Origin: Candidatus Cloacimonadales bacterium
GTDB lineage: Bacteria; Cloacimonadota; Cloacimonadia; Cloacimonadales; JAFGVF01
Assembly: GCA_963663475.2 (NCBI GenBank)
Contig: CAXXJV010000001.1
Coordinates: 1,920,001 to 1,984,000 of the forward strand
DNA: 64,000 bases
Reading direction: 5' to 3'
In this document: in pieces, positions 31,508 to 41,887 of the stretch
How positions within the stretch are numbered: the first letter of the stretch is position 1
Layout: each line of letters opens with the position of its first letter
Notes under the pieces: generated by a model
What the model was told of the DNA's origin: nothing
What the model saw: the letters and a program-made list of their open reading frames with translations, nothing else
Databases searched by the model: none
Program-made: the position numbers and the translations under genes

Positions 31508-34321
31508 ATGAGAAAATATCTGCTACTAATAGTTGTAACTTTGCTATGCTCTTTATCAAGCTTATTAGCACAAGTAGTTTGGGATAACTCGTCCTGTGTA
31601 TATAGTGTCGACAATAGGAAAAGTGAATTAATATCAAAACAGGATATTGCAACTGGGTCCTTAGTATTTTATAGACTTAATAATCAACTTGTATTTGAAA
31701 AACTGGATAACTTAGGAAATCCAATCACAGATCAAGTAATAGATTTGAATATACAAGTTAATGAAGAATCGATTTTAACAGTTAGAAAAAGTTATGATAA
31801 CAACTTTTTTATTTATTGGAGAGAAGAAAACTTGCTCAAGATTAAGAAAATCAGTGAAGAAGGCAGTGACCTATGGAATTCGTGTTTAAATATACCAATT
31901 CTAGATTATTCAAATAGGATTATTGATGGAATGCAAATTGTTGATGATGAAGAATCTGTCTATTTATTGGTAAATTACCAGAGTGATGTTTATGAGGAAG
32001 TCTTAGTAAGTTATCAGATTGATGTTATAAATAATAATCCTCAAGAGATTAATCAAAACATTATTTATGAAGCCGAGGGGCTTTCTTCTTTTACTGGAGC
32101 ATTAACAAGTGATGGTATAACTTACATGTGGTTACAAGCTGATGAAGATAAAATTTTCATCAAAATAAGTGAAACCATTCACGAGATAAACGGGCAAGTA
32201 GCTTATTCAACTCAACCTGGATGGAAAGTTAAAGAATGTAAAATTCTTGAGTTAAATGGAGATAAAACTCTTTACTGTTTAGTTGGTAAGTATTATGAGT
32301 CTTATAATGAAGGATTTTCAGACATTTATATCTATAATGAAGTGACAGAAAGTACTAGTGAAGTATTCACTAATCAAATTCTTATAGATGTTCAAAGAAT
32401 CTCTGATAATGAGTTTTTATCTGTGACTATGAGTGATAGTCTTTATTTTACAAGATATGATGCAGTAGGCGATATTATTTCTTCAGTTAGCCAGGAACAC
32501 TATTGTCATGGCTGGAGTCAAGATTGGATTTCTTATCAGCCTTATATCAAAAGTGTTGATTGTAGGCTTGAAAATGGGGAATATAAAATTGCTATTGGTT
32601 TTATCGGTGTGAGCAGTGACATTGTTACTCCTTCTACAGATTATAATTCCAAATTAGGTATTTATAGCTACAATTTAGCAAATGATCAGACATCAGCTGT
32701 TTTGGGTGACCTAGGGAATTTTACAGAAAATAGAATTTCACTTTATGTAAGTATGGGAGATACAAGAGCATCTCTATTGAATAAATGTTATCAAGATAAT
32801 GATTCATCCTACAATCAATATTTTCTGGATTATAATCAAAATTCCCAAGTAAGTCATAATACTTATCAAATTGCATTAACTAGTATTTCATATTTAAGAG
32901 AAATGAACTCTTTTATTTGGAATGGTAACAGTCGTGTAATAATGAAAGTAAATAATTCATTATTGGAAAATGAGATTAATGACATTGGAGAAATAATCAT
33001 GGAAAATTATCAAGAGACAAATTCTCCTATGTATATACTTGAAAATTTTTCAGAGAATAATTATGTACTTCTTTATGCCTATAACTATGATTATTTTGAT
33101 GACTTTGGAGTAACTGAAGTTACATACGATGTAAGAGCTAAGTTTTATAAAGACAACGGTAGCATTAGTATTGAAGATATGCCTTGTGAATCGAATTTGC
33201 AATCATATTTGGATATTGAAGACGGTGATGGTTTATGGATGACTCCTTTTTATTCTTCTAGTTTCCAAATTCGTAGAATAGAAAATGGAGTACTTCAAGA
33301 CCCAATAGATTCCTGGTTTGAGTATGGTAATATACTTATGGTGAAAAATAATTATCTAATCAAGAATGGCGATCATCAGTTTCTTATTACTAAAATTAAC
33401 GATTTCGGTTCTATAACTGAAGGCTGGACTCTTGATGGCTATAGCTTTACAGAAGAGTATGATATCAATATTAGAAATAAAGAGATTTTCAAATATCAAA
33501 ACAGACTAATATTCTCTTATTTAACAGGAGCAAATTATAAAATACTTGATGTTAATCCAGAGGATTTGGCCCAAACAACTAGCTATGTTTTTCCATGTAC
33601 TTATATTAATGAGAAGAATGATTTTATTATCGGGAATAAATTCTATAATATACATAATTATGATTCGCAGTTAACAATATCATGCTATGATATAGATAAC
33701 AATTTTGCAGAAGTATGGCAAGAATCAGTTGCAGAAAATGTTAGGGATTATGATATTAAAGTCGTAAATAATAGATTTGTTGTTGCTTATACTCAAGGTA
33801 CTGAAGGAAGCGAAAGAGTTTATCTCAGAACTATTAGTTTTTTGGGTAATAGTGATCAGTATGAAGAGGGCTATGCTTTACCTTTAAACTTAGATAGTCA
33901 GTACGATCCTACTATAAGTGTGCTTGATGATAACACTATCTTCGTTAACAGAATTGAGAATAATTCAGCTGATAATCCTGGTGTTTATTGTGATTTAATA
34001 GACCTTAGTTACTTTGTTCCAAATAGTTCTGAAGATGTGTCTCCTTTTACTTTCACAGCAACAAATTATCCAAATCCTTTTAATCCTGAGACTACTATTT
34101 CTTATAATCTTACTAAAGCTGGAGTTACTAAAGTTGAGGTCTTTAATTTGAAAGGTCAGTTAGTAAAGACTTTAGTTAATGAGGTACAGTCTGCTGGGAA
34201 TCAAAAGGTTATTTGGAGAGGTAATAATGAGCAAGATAAACAGGTAAGCTCAGGAATTTATCTGTATAAAATTAAAAGTACAGGTGGTGTTATAAGTGGG
34301 AAGATGGTGTTGATGAAATAG
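31508..34321 (+). CDS. Large secreted/surface protein with T9SS type A / FlgD-Ig sorting domain, copy 1
   Basis: Signal peptide MRKYLLL...AQ; C-terminal NYPNPFNPETT...KMVLMK; GGAGG RBS. Confidence 0.9.
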   Translation: MRKYLLLIVVTLLCSLSSLLAQVVWDNSSCVYSVDNRKSELISKQDIATGSLVFYRLNNQLVFEKLDNLGNPITDQVIDLNIQVNEESILTVRKSYDNNFFIYWREENLLKIKKISEEGSDLWNSCLNIPILDYSNRIIDGMQIVDDEESVYLLVNYQSDVYEEVLVSYQIDVINNNPQEINQNIIYEAEGLSSFTGALTSDGITYMWLQADEDKIFIKISETIHEINGQVAYSTQPGWKVKECKILELNGDKTLYCLVGKYYESYNEGFSDIYIYNEVTESTSEVFTNQILIDVQRISDNEFLSVTMSDSLYFTRYDAVGDIISSVSQEHYCHGWSQDWISYQPYIKSVDCRLENGEYKIAIGFIGVSSDIVTPSTDYNSKLGIYSYNLANDQTSAVLGDLGNFTENRISLYVSMGDTRASLLNKCYQDNDSSYNQYFLDYNQNSQVSHNTYQIALTSISYLREMNSFIWNGNSRVIMKVNNSLLENEINDIGEIIMENYQETNSPMYILENFSENNYVLLYAYNYDYFDDFGVTEVTYDVRAKFYKDNGSISIEDMPCESNLQSYLDIEDGDGLWMTPFYSSSFQIRRIENGVLQDPIDSWFEYGNILMVKNNYLIKNGDHQFLITKINDFGSITEGWTLDGYSFTEEYDINIRNKEIFKYQNRLIFSYLTGANYKILDVNPEDLAQTTSYVFPCTYINEKNDFIIGNKFYNIHNYDSQLTISCYDIDNNFAEVWQESVAENVRDYDIKVVNNRFVVAYTQGTEGSERVYLRTISFLGNSDQYEEGYALPLNLDSQYDPTISVLDDNTIFVNRIENNSADNPGVYCDLIDLSYFVPNSSEDVSPFTFTATNYPNPFNPETTISYNLTKAGVTKVEVFNLKGQLVKTLVNEVQSAGNQKVIWRGNNEQDKQVSSGIYLYKIKSTGGVISGKMVLMK

Positions 34322-34483
34322 GGTCTTGCTTTGCAAGAATTAAAAATGAAAAATAAAAGTGGAATAATAAATTCCCTGGATTTGATAGATTCTCTTTTTT
34401 TATTTAAAAATAAATCTATTTTGCAGATAAGAGACAAGAGGTTATATGGATTATTTAAAATATATTTTTCTTTTAAACAAAGA

Positions 34484-35215
34484 GGGTGTATGGCAATACA
34501 CCCCTACAATACCCGGTTTTAGATACGTAATATATCTGTAATAATAAAATGTATTATATATGAGAAATCACAAATACAATCCAGAAATCCATAATCGTCG
34601 TTCTATCAGACTGAAGAAATATGATTATTCCCAGCCTGGACTCTATTTTATTACCCTTTGCACCAAAAACAGAGAATTTCTCTTTGGTGAAATCAATAAT
34701 GAAAAAATGTTGCTGAATGATGCAGGGATTATTGTTATGCAAGAATGGGAGAAAACGCAACAAATAAGAAAAAATATTAAATTAGGTGAATATGTGATAA
34801 TGCCTAATCATTTTCATGCAATCATACAAATAGAATATCAAATCATGACATCTTCTTCTGAAAATAACAAGAAATTCCAATCACCAACCCAAACCATCGG
34901 TGCAATTATGCGAGGATTTAAAGGTTCAACAACATTAAAAATAAATAAAAACCTACCAGCCCGTAATCATGGTAGGGGCGTATTGCCATACGCCAGAAAT
35001 AATAATAATTCAGTCTGGCAAAGAAATTATTGGGAACACATCATCAGAACAGAAATCGAATATACCAAAATCACCGAATATATTATTAACAATCCTCTGT
35101 GTTGGGATAATGATATATTAAATGGGGGAGATGGGAATGTTGTCTTAGAATCTGAAACAGGTTATAATCAGGAAATCTGGATGATTTAGTTGTAGGAGCG
35201 AAACATCTTTCGCCC
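34484..35215 (+). mobile_element. RAYT locus 1 with GTAG-type REPs at 34484-34507 (inverted), 34972-34995 (inside the CDS) and 35192-35215
   Basis: GTAGGGGTGTATTGCCATACACCC (reverse complement), GTAGGGGCGTATTGCCATACGCC and GTAGGAGCGAAACATCTTTCGCCC. Confidence 0.88.
34560..35189 (+). CDS. REP-associated tyrosine transposase (RAYT, Y1 HUH)
   Basis: RRSIRLKKYDYS, YFITLCT, IMPNHFH, WQRNYWEHIIR, YIINNP. Confidence 0.93.
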   Translation: MRNHKYNPEIHNRRSIRLKKYDYSQPGLYFITLCTKNREFLFGEINNEKMLLNDAGIIVMQEWEKTQQIRKNIKLGEYVIMPNHFHAIIQIEYQIMTSSSENNKKFQSPTQTIGAIMRGFKGSTTLKINKNLPARNHGRGVLPYARNNNNSVWQRNYWEHIIRTEIEYTKITEYIINNPLCWDNDILNGGDGNVVLESETGYNQEIWMI

Positions 35216-35474
35216 AGAAAGATTATTTTATTATAATTATCAAATATGTTATTGACATATATTAATTAATAAATATTAATTGTAATTTATAATATTTAGT
35301 AATATTATGTAAAATATTATTATAATTATTGCTTTAATAATTAAATATCCAGAGGTAGTTTTTATGAAATTACGATTTCACAATGAGAGGAAGAAAATTA
35401 TACTTGATCCTTCTAGATCAGCGATAAGTTACTGTAAAATTGTATTTAAAATTTAAACAAGGAGAAAATATTAC

Positions 35475-35657
35475 GTAAAATTCTTAGCATCATTGAATAA
35501 CGACGAATATGCCGCACTGAGTAAAAAATTATGGGGAATTCAACAACATAAGTGTTTCATTTGTGAAGAAGATATTGATTTAGAACTTAATAAAACAGAT
35601 ATAGATCACATAGAACCATTAGCAAAAAAAGGACTAGCTACAGAGAAACTTGCTTAA
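35475..35657 (+). pseudogene. N-terminal fragment of an HNH endonuclease
   Basis: KFLASL...QQHKCFICEEDIDL...DIDHIEPLAKKG then stop; AAGGAG RBS upstream but the start codon is lost. Confidence 0.7.
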
Positions 35658-36169
35658 TCAGTGAAGATGTATCTATTTCTGTATTGGTTATGTTAGTTAG
35701 TGATATTCCAGATCTTATAGTAGCAAAGGATTTATTCTCCATACTACTTAGTCCGACATCATTTATCTTACAAACTCCTATTTATATGTTTAAAATCCTC
35801 CACCTCGATGTTATAACTATTCTCACTTTGATGAATAGAAAGTAATGATATTCCATGGTTATAAAGTTGTAAAAACATCATACAGATATTTAGGATAATT
35901 TTACTATAAGTTAAAAAGAAATCAAAGCTGATGTTGTTCTTTTCAGATTCTATATTTTAAACTAGTGTGAAATTTTCAGAATAGTAAATATTAACCTCAA
36001 ATTAGATATAATTGATTATAAAAAAAGTGACAGTAGGAATGTATATTAGCTAAAATAAACTAAATTAAAACTTTTATGTAATATTATAGTAATATCACAT
36101 AATAAATCTTGACAAAAAAATAAATAAGTAATATATAGTATATTGTAACTAAATTAAAAGGAGAAAATT

Positions 36170-37051
36170 ATGTTTTTTAAACGTATAATCCCAATTTTAG
36201 GGATATTACTAGTAATCGCAGGTTGTAACCAAGATATAGTAGGGGGGCATTCTACTAAAAACAGAGAAGTAAGAGCTTTTGATGAAAGTAATGTAGGTTA
36301 TGCCTACAATATTCACGAAGAAAATGTCAAGTCTATTTGTACTTGTCCTGAAGTAACAGCAATGATCAAGTCAAAAAAGAGCAATGGTGAAACTGAATTA
36401 AATGAAAAAGATTTTAATGTAATAATTGATGCAGCTAAGCAAATGCCATACTATGATTCAACTTTACAAATGGGAATCTTATCAATGATGGATTTCACAA
36501 AAAGCACACTATTCAATGAAAATAATGGACAATATTCCATGAAATCATTTGAACAAATTAATGATGACTTGAATACCTTGATTGTATCAAATGATAATAT
36601 CAATAAAATGTGGCAAATAGAATTAAAGGCTAGAGCTAACTTTTACGTTAACACTGAGAAGTATAGTCCAGAAAAAGCCATTGTTATGTTTTATAAAGAA
36701 ATTAGTGTAATAAAGTATTTAAATTTCAATAATAACTATGAAGTATCTGCTGCTGAAAACTATTTTGGTGTGGCAAAAAACTCTTTAGATATATGGGAAA
36801 AATACCAGACTTGCTGGGGGACGTTTAATCCAACAATCCCTTTGTTAGCTTGGAGCACAGGAAGAGCTGATGCTGTAGGAGCTTTAACAGGGACATATGT
36901 AGGTGGTTTGATTGGAGGAGCGGTTGGAACAATAGTTTTACCTGGTGGAGGTACTGTAGCAGGCGGTGGGGTTGGAATTGGAGCAGGTGGAACTTTAGGA
37001 TGCGTGTTATTCTCTAGTGTATATAAAATTGCCCAGTTAGCTAAATATTAA
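36170..37051 (+). CDS. Lipoprotein with C-terminal glycine-zipper segment (putative pro-toxin A)
   Basis: Lipobox IAG-C; C-terminal GALTGTYVGGLIGGAVG...GGGVGIGAGGTLG. Confidence 0.75.
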   Translation: MFFKRIIPILGILLVIAGCNQDIVGGHSTKNREVRAFDESNVGYAYNIHEENVKSICTCPEVTAMIKSKKSNGETELNEKDFNVIIDAAKQMPYYDSTLQMGILSMMDFTKSTLFNENNGQYSMKSFEQINDDLNTLIVSNDNINKMWQIELKARANFYVNTEKYSPEKAIVMFYKEISVIKYLNFNNNYEVSAAENYFGVAKNSLDIWEKYQTCWGTFNPTIPLLAWSTGRADAVGALTGTYVGGLIGGAVGTIVLPGGGTVAGGGVGIGAGGTLGCVLFSSVYKIAQLAKY

Positions 37052-37064
37052 TAGAGGAATAATA

Positions 37065-37907
37065 ATGAAATTTCAAATTATAATAATCCAAATATTTATT
37101 GTCAGTTTAATATTAAGTGGATGTTCTAAAAGTCAAGATGATACTAATACCAAAATAGTAAATCCTAAAGGAGGGTACAGTTGCTCTCAAGATAATATAT
37201 TTAAATATGACAATATACATACTGAATTTGTTGAAGATGCTTGTCTAGATGACGAAGTAGTAAAAGTTATGGCTGATGCTGATAGAGAGGGTATTTTGTT
37301 GGAAAATTACTTATCTGTTGAAGAAATAATTAAACAGAAATATTACAAGATGTTTGATCTAGATGAGATTTACCTGACTGATGAACTATTTAACAACTCA
37401 GTATCAATAAACTTAAATATTTCGAATGGATACGTTCATAAATTTAATGTGCTACAGATTAGAGACTGTATAGCTAGTAGAAGAACTAATATAAAAGAAC
37501 TAGATGAACTAATTGATAAGTTTGTCCTATATACTGACGAATTTATAAAGGAATATCCTATAAATAGCGATTTAGCCACTAATAACTTCTATAATAAAAT
37601 TCTCTTACTACAGAAAAAGGAATATGAAACTCAAGAAGGATGCTTCTTTGCTGAAGTTCTTGTTGGTACTGTTAAAAGTTCGTATAGATTTAGATCCTCC
37701 TATAGTGACTATTGGGGATATTGTACTCCTTCGCTTGCCGCTGGAGACTGGGGTTTTTGGGGAGACGTAGCTGGAATTGTTCTTGGGGCCGGTATTGGAG
37801 GTGCTTCAGGTGGAATTGTTGGAGCATTAGTCGGAATTTCTAAGCTTGGTCCTTTACTCTCAACAGTTAGTGCAGGCATTGGAGCTATTGTAACAGAAGA
37901 ATTTTAA
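37065..37907 (+). CDS. Lipoprotein with C-terminal glycine-zipper segment (putative pro-toxin B)
   Basis: Lipobox LSG-C; C-terminal GIVLGAGIGGASGGIVGALVG. Confidence 0.75.
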   Translation: MKFQIIIIQIFIVSLILSGCSKSQDDTNTKIVNPKGGYSCSQDNIFKYDNIHTEFVEDACLDDEVVKVMADADREGILLENYLSVEEIIKQKYYKMFDLDEIYLTDELFNNSVSINLNISNGYVHKFNVLQIRDCIASRRTNIKELDELIDKFVLYTDEFIKEYPINSDLATNNFYNKILLLQKKEYETQEGCFFAEVLVGTVKSSYRFRSSYSDYWGYCTPSLAAGDWGFWGDVAGIVLGAGIGGASGGIVGALVGISKLGPLLSTVSAGIGAIVTEEF

Positions 37908-37908
37908 T

Positions 37909-38274
37909 ATGAAAAACTTCTTTAAGTACCTAATTCACTTTATTTTTCAAATACTTGTTGTCTTATTAATATGGCATAAGCAATATAGTGATATTGGAGA
38001 TATGTTGAATGCTCTTTTTTATTTTCCATTATATGCATACCCTTTATCATTAACGATTGGTAGATGGTCTGACTTTAAAATAATGAATAAAAGATATTAT
38101 GACAAATATCTACTTAGGGATATATCATTGAATTTTATCCTTGGAGGTCTATATTTACCAATACACTTTTTAATAAGTAATGAATTTTTTATTATATATT
38201 TCATTTTAGTATTGGTTTTTAAAAATATTTTGGATATAAGAAATGTAAGAACATTAATCAGAGTAGATGAATAA
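37909..38274 (+). CDS. Small multi-pass membrane protein (putative immunity protein)
   Basis: 121 aa with ~4 hydrophobic segments, 1 bp after the preceding stop. Confidence 0.6.
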   Translation: MKNFFKYLIHFIFQILVVLLIWHKQYSDIGDMLNALFYFPLYAYPLSLTIGRWSDFKIMNKRYYDKYLLRDISLNFILGGLYLPIHFLISNEFFIIYFILVLVFKNILDIRNVRTLIRVDE

Positions 38275-38369
38275 CTAGATTGTTAGGTAATGGGATAATC
38301 ATTACCTAACTTTTTTTTGATATTCTATTATGATAAAAGTATTTATCAAATTATTTTTTCAAGTATTTT

Positions 38370-38609
38370 GGTCGTATTGCCATACGCCCAAAATAATAAT
38401 AATTCAGTCTGGCAAAGAAATTATTGGGAACATATCATCAGAACAGAAATAGAATATACCAAAATCTCCCAATATATAATTAACAATCCTCTGTGTTGGG
38501 ATAATGATAAATTAAATGGGGGAGATGGGAATGTGGTTTTAGAAGATGAAATAGAGTATAAATTAGAAATATGGATGGTATGATTGTAGGGGCGAAACAT
38601 CTTTCGCCC
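38370..38609 (+). pseudogene. Displaced 3' third of a RAYT gene with its downstream REP (38586-38609)
   Basis: Homology to RAYT starts inside the internal REP (CGTATTGCCATACGCCC); the C-terminus matches the 60774 copy. Confidence 0.88.
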
Positions 38610-38636
38610 AGAAAGGAAATATTGCAGTCATTTGGG

Positions 38637-40541
38637 GTGCGTCACGAGGTGGTGTGCCGTCAACTGGTGAAAATCCAGTCTGGTTAATTTTCTGTTCAAC
38701 CAGAAGTGAAAAAGACAGGCTTGTTCAGTAATGGCAAGTCTGAAGCTCTTTGAATCGGTAAGTAAGCCGTAGCGAAAGCGAACAGGTAGCTTCGTTAGAT
38801 AATTGTAATCGGTCAATCTTTCCCAATGGATGAAACCTGCTATTTGATAGGAAGTAACAGAAATATGCACTATCAAAGATTACTGGAGTTATAACTGATG
38901 GCGTGCTTATAAATGATTGCACACTAAACGTGAGAGAGCCTATTTAATAAGAGATGACAACTCTAAATGGATTTCTATAAGACGGAGTCGAAGTGAAATT
39001 CAGTTATTTAGGCAGTCGGAGATGCCCATAGTAGTGATGATATTTGAGACAACATAACTCAAAAGTAGCGAAGGGGCATTACTTCAAAGAAATTTACAAG
39101 ATAAGGAGAAAGTTGTGATTGATGAAAATCTAACAAACAAACGAAAAGCTGATTTATCAGCAGAGGAAAGAGTTCGAATTTTTCAACGTAAATTATATTC
39201 TAAAGCCAAACAAGAAAAGGATTTTCGTTTTTATGTACTGTATGATAAGTTAACAGTGGGATATTTTCTAAGTGAAGCTTGGAGAAGGGTAAAGTTAAAT
39301 AATGGGATTGCTGGATATGATAAAAAGAGTTTTTCTTATATTGAAGAATGTGGAATAACAGACTTTCTTTTTGAGATTCAACAAGAACTAAAAGACGAAA
39401 CTTATAAACCATCTCCAATACTACGAGTATATATTCCTAAAGCAAATGGTAAAATGAGGCCATTAGGTATTCCGACCATAAAAGATAGAGTAGTTCAAAT
39501 GTGTTGCAAGCTAATAATTGAACCAATCTTTGAAGCAGATTTTGAGGATTGTTCACATGGTTTCAGACCAAAGCGTTCAGCCCATGGAGCTATTAAAGAA
39601 ATAAAGTCTAACCTTAAAGCTGGAAAAACAGAAGTATATGATGCAGATTTGTCTGGTTACTTCGATAATATTCCACATGATAAACTAATGTATCTTGTGG
39701 AAAGAAGAATAACAGATAAAAGGATATTAAAGCTAATTAGAATGTGGCTAAAAACACCATATTTTGAGAAGAACAAATTGCACAAGAGTAAAAAGGGAAC
39801 ACCTCAAGGAGGCGTTATTTCCCCTTTACTGGCAAATATATACTTAAATCTTGTTGATAAAGCTATCAATAGGGAAGATGGATTTTTTCGCTAAAAGAGG
39901 CATAAAAATAGTACGTTATGCTGATGACTTTATCTTAATGGGAAAGCAAATACCCCAAGAGTGCTTATCGTATTTGCACAGAATGCTGGAAAGAATGGAG
40001 TTAACTGTTAATCTAGAAAAAACGAAACACCTGAATGCAACAAAACTATCTTTTGACTTTTTAGGTTTTACTTTTAGGTTTGATAAATCATTTTACAACT
40101 CGTATGGTTATTACTGGAATGTGATTCCAAGTAAAAAGAGTGTCAAAAAGTTTAAGGCAAATATTAAGAATTGTCTTATGAATAATGGACATTCATCAAA
40201 CTATACGATAGTAAAGAAGCTCAATCCAATATTAAGAGGTTGGACTAACTATTTTACAATACCTAAAGTAAGCTACCCTGCAAAGGCTAAAGATAGTGTT
40301 AATTCTTATCTCTTTTTTAGTCTAAAGAGGTATTATAAGCGCAAGAGTCAAAGGAGCTGTAAGCTTTATCGTCAAAATGCTCATGATAAGTTAATTAAAC
40401 ATTATGGTTTATATAACTTAGCATACAGGTCCTCTTGACAAACTTGTGAATGCTTAGAATGAACTTTGTCGGTAAGCCGTGTGCGGGAAAACCGCATGCA
40501 CGGTTTGAAGAGGGGGGCAGGGAATCCTGCCTCTACTCTAC
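38637..40541 (+). mobile_element. Group II intron (En-less IEP, AGC-triad domain V)
   Basis: 5' GTGCG; DV AGCCGTGTGCGGGAAAACCGCATGCACGGTT; DVI ending CTCTACTCTAC; putative EBS1 CCCAA at 38822-38826 complementary to exon TTGGG. Confidence 0.92.
39115..40438 (+). pseudogene. ltrA: Intron-encoded reverse transcriptase/maturase, frameshifted in a T6 run near 39885
   Basis: RPLGIPTIKDR, GTPQGGVISPLLANIYL, RYADDF, FDFLGF, maturase LRGWTNYF; removing one T restores GFFAKRG. Confidence 0.9.
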
Positions 40542-40710
40542 TTCATTATCTTATCATTCCTTCCTCTTCCCCTCCTCCTTAATACTCATCTTAATTAAAA
40601 ATCGAATAATATTTAGGATGAGTGAGAAGGAGCATGGGAAGACAAAACAAAGAGGATAAAACATAATCCCGAATGGTGCAGTAGAGCTTTACAGAAGAGT
40701 GCAGATTCTT

Positions 40711-41568
40711 AGTGTTATCGAGAGCCAAGCTATCTATGCATACCAAAATAGACTAATCTTCTCTTATATCACTAATGATACATTCAAAGTGTTTGATATT
40801 GATCCTCAAGATTTATCCCAAACTGCAACTTATTCCTTTCCTTCTCAGCGTGGTGTTGCTCAACAAGATTTTATTATCGGGAATAAATTCTATAATATAC
40901 ATAATTATGATTCGCAGATAACAATATCATGCTATGATATAGATAACAATTTTGCAGAAGTATGGCAAGAATCAGTTGCAGAAAATGTTAGGGATTATGA
41001 TATTAAAGTCGTAAATAATAGATTTGTTGTTGCTTATACTCAAGGTACTGAAGGAAGCGAAAGAGTTTATCTCAGAACTATTAGTTTTTTGGGTAATAGT
41101 GATCAGTATGAAGAGGGCTATGCTTTACCTTTAAACTTAGATAGTCAGTACGATCCTACTATAAGTGTGCTTGATGATAACACTATCTTCGTTAACAGAA
41201 TTGAGAATAATTCAGCTGATAATCCTGGTGTTTATTGTGATTTAATAGACCTTAGTTACTTTGTTCCAAATAACACTGAAAATGTGTCACCTCTTACTTT
41301 CACAGCAACAAATTATCCAAATCCTTTTAACCCTGAGACTACTATTTCTTATAATCTTACTAAAGCTGGAGTTACTAAAGTTGAGGTCTTTAATTTGAAA
41401 GGTCAGTTAGTAAAGACTTTAGTTAATGAAGTACAAGCTCAAGGTAATCAAAAGGTAATTTGGAAAGGCAATAATAATCAAGATAAACAGGTAAGCTCAG
41501 GAATTTATCTGTATAAAATTAAAAGTACAGGTGGTGTTATAAGTGGGAAGATGGTGTTGATGAAATAG
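40711..41568 (+). pseudogene. Start-less 3' fragment of the T9SS-CTD protein paralogue, copy 2
   Basis: Same as 30110-30970, but from DFIIG onward it matches the adjacent full gene. Confidence 0.85.
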
Positions 41569-41887
41569 GGTCTTGCTTTGCAAGAATTAAAAATGAAAAA
41601 TAGAAGAGTAAAACTTTCAGGCGAATTTACACGAATGTAGGGGAGATAGATTTTTTGCCCTTCTATAAAACAAGATAAATACATCTTTCGTCGGACGGTG
41701 GACATTCTGTCTGCCATTCTCTTAAACTCCCCGCTTTAGTACTGAAGGTAGGTTTAAAGAGGGGTGTGGCTTGGTATTTCCAAGACAGGGTGTTTTGTGA
41801 GTCAAGCAGGGATTAATTGTCAATAGCAGTTTAAATTGGTACAGTTTTGGCAGTTTAAAATGGTACACTATTGTAAATCATATTTCC

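Larger units (their letters stand above)
29939..38636 (+). repeat. Tandem duplication unit 1
   Basis: Collinear with 40542-48367 apart from a 3394-bp cassette here and IS21 in unit 2. Confidence 0.9.

Noticed and set aside
31124-31614. Short minus-strand ORFs here and at 44192-44739, 30907-31119 and 41505-41717
   Set aside because: They overlap palindromic repeats or real genes, lack RBS or motifs, and are conserved only because of the duplication.
34331-34522. 63-aa ORF (also 47456-47647)
   Set aside because: TTG start, runs through a REP, no recognisable features.
36019-36035. TAAAAAAAGTGACAG as another phage end
   Set aside because: The A run has the wrong length and the TTTTCC half-site and further end homology are missing.
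38317-38583. 88-aa ORF as a functional gene
   Set aside because: Chance fusion of AT-rich DNA to a RAYT 3' fragment lacking the HUH motif.
39860-39900. Programmed frameshift in the intron ORF
   Set aside because: A single extra T in a homopolymer is better explained by mutation or sequencing error; no stimulatory structure was seen.
38637-40541. Reverse transcriptase as a DGR, retron or CRISPR-associated RT
   Set aside because: It has a maturase domain, canonical domains V/VI and GTGCG...AC ends; differences among nearby repeats are not adenine-specific and include indels.
40450-40659. 69-aa ORF
   Set aside because: It is intron domains V-VI plus exon sequence.
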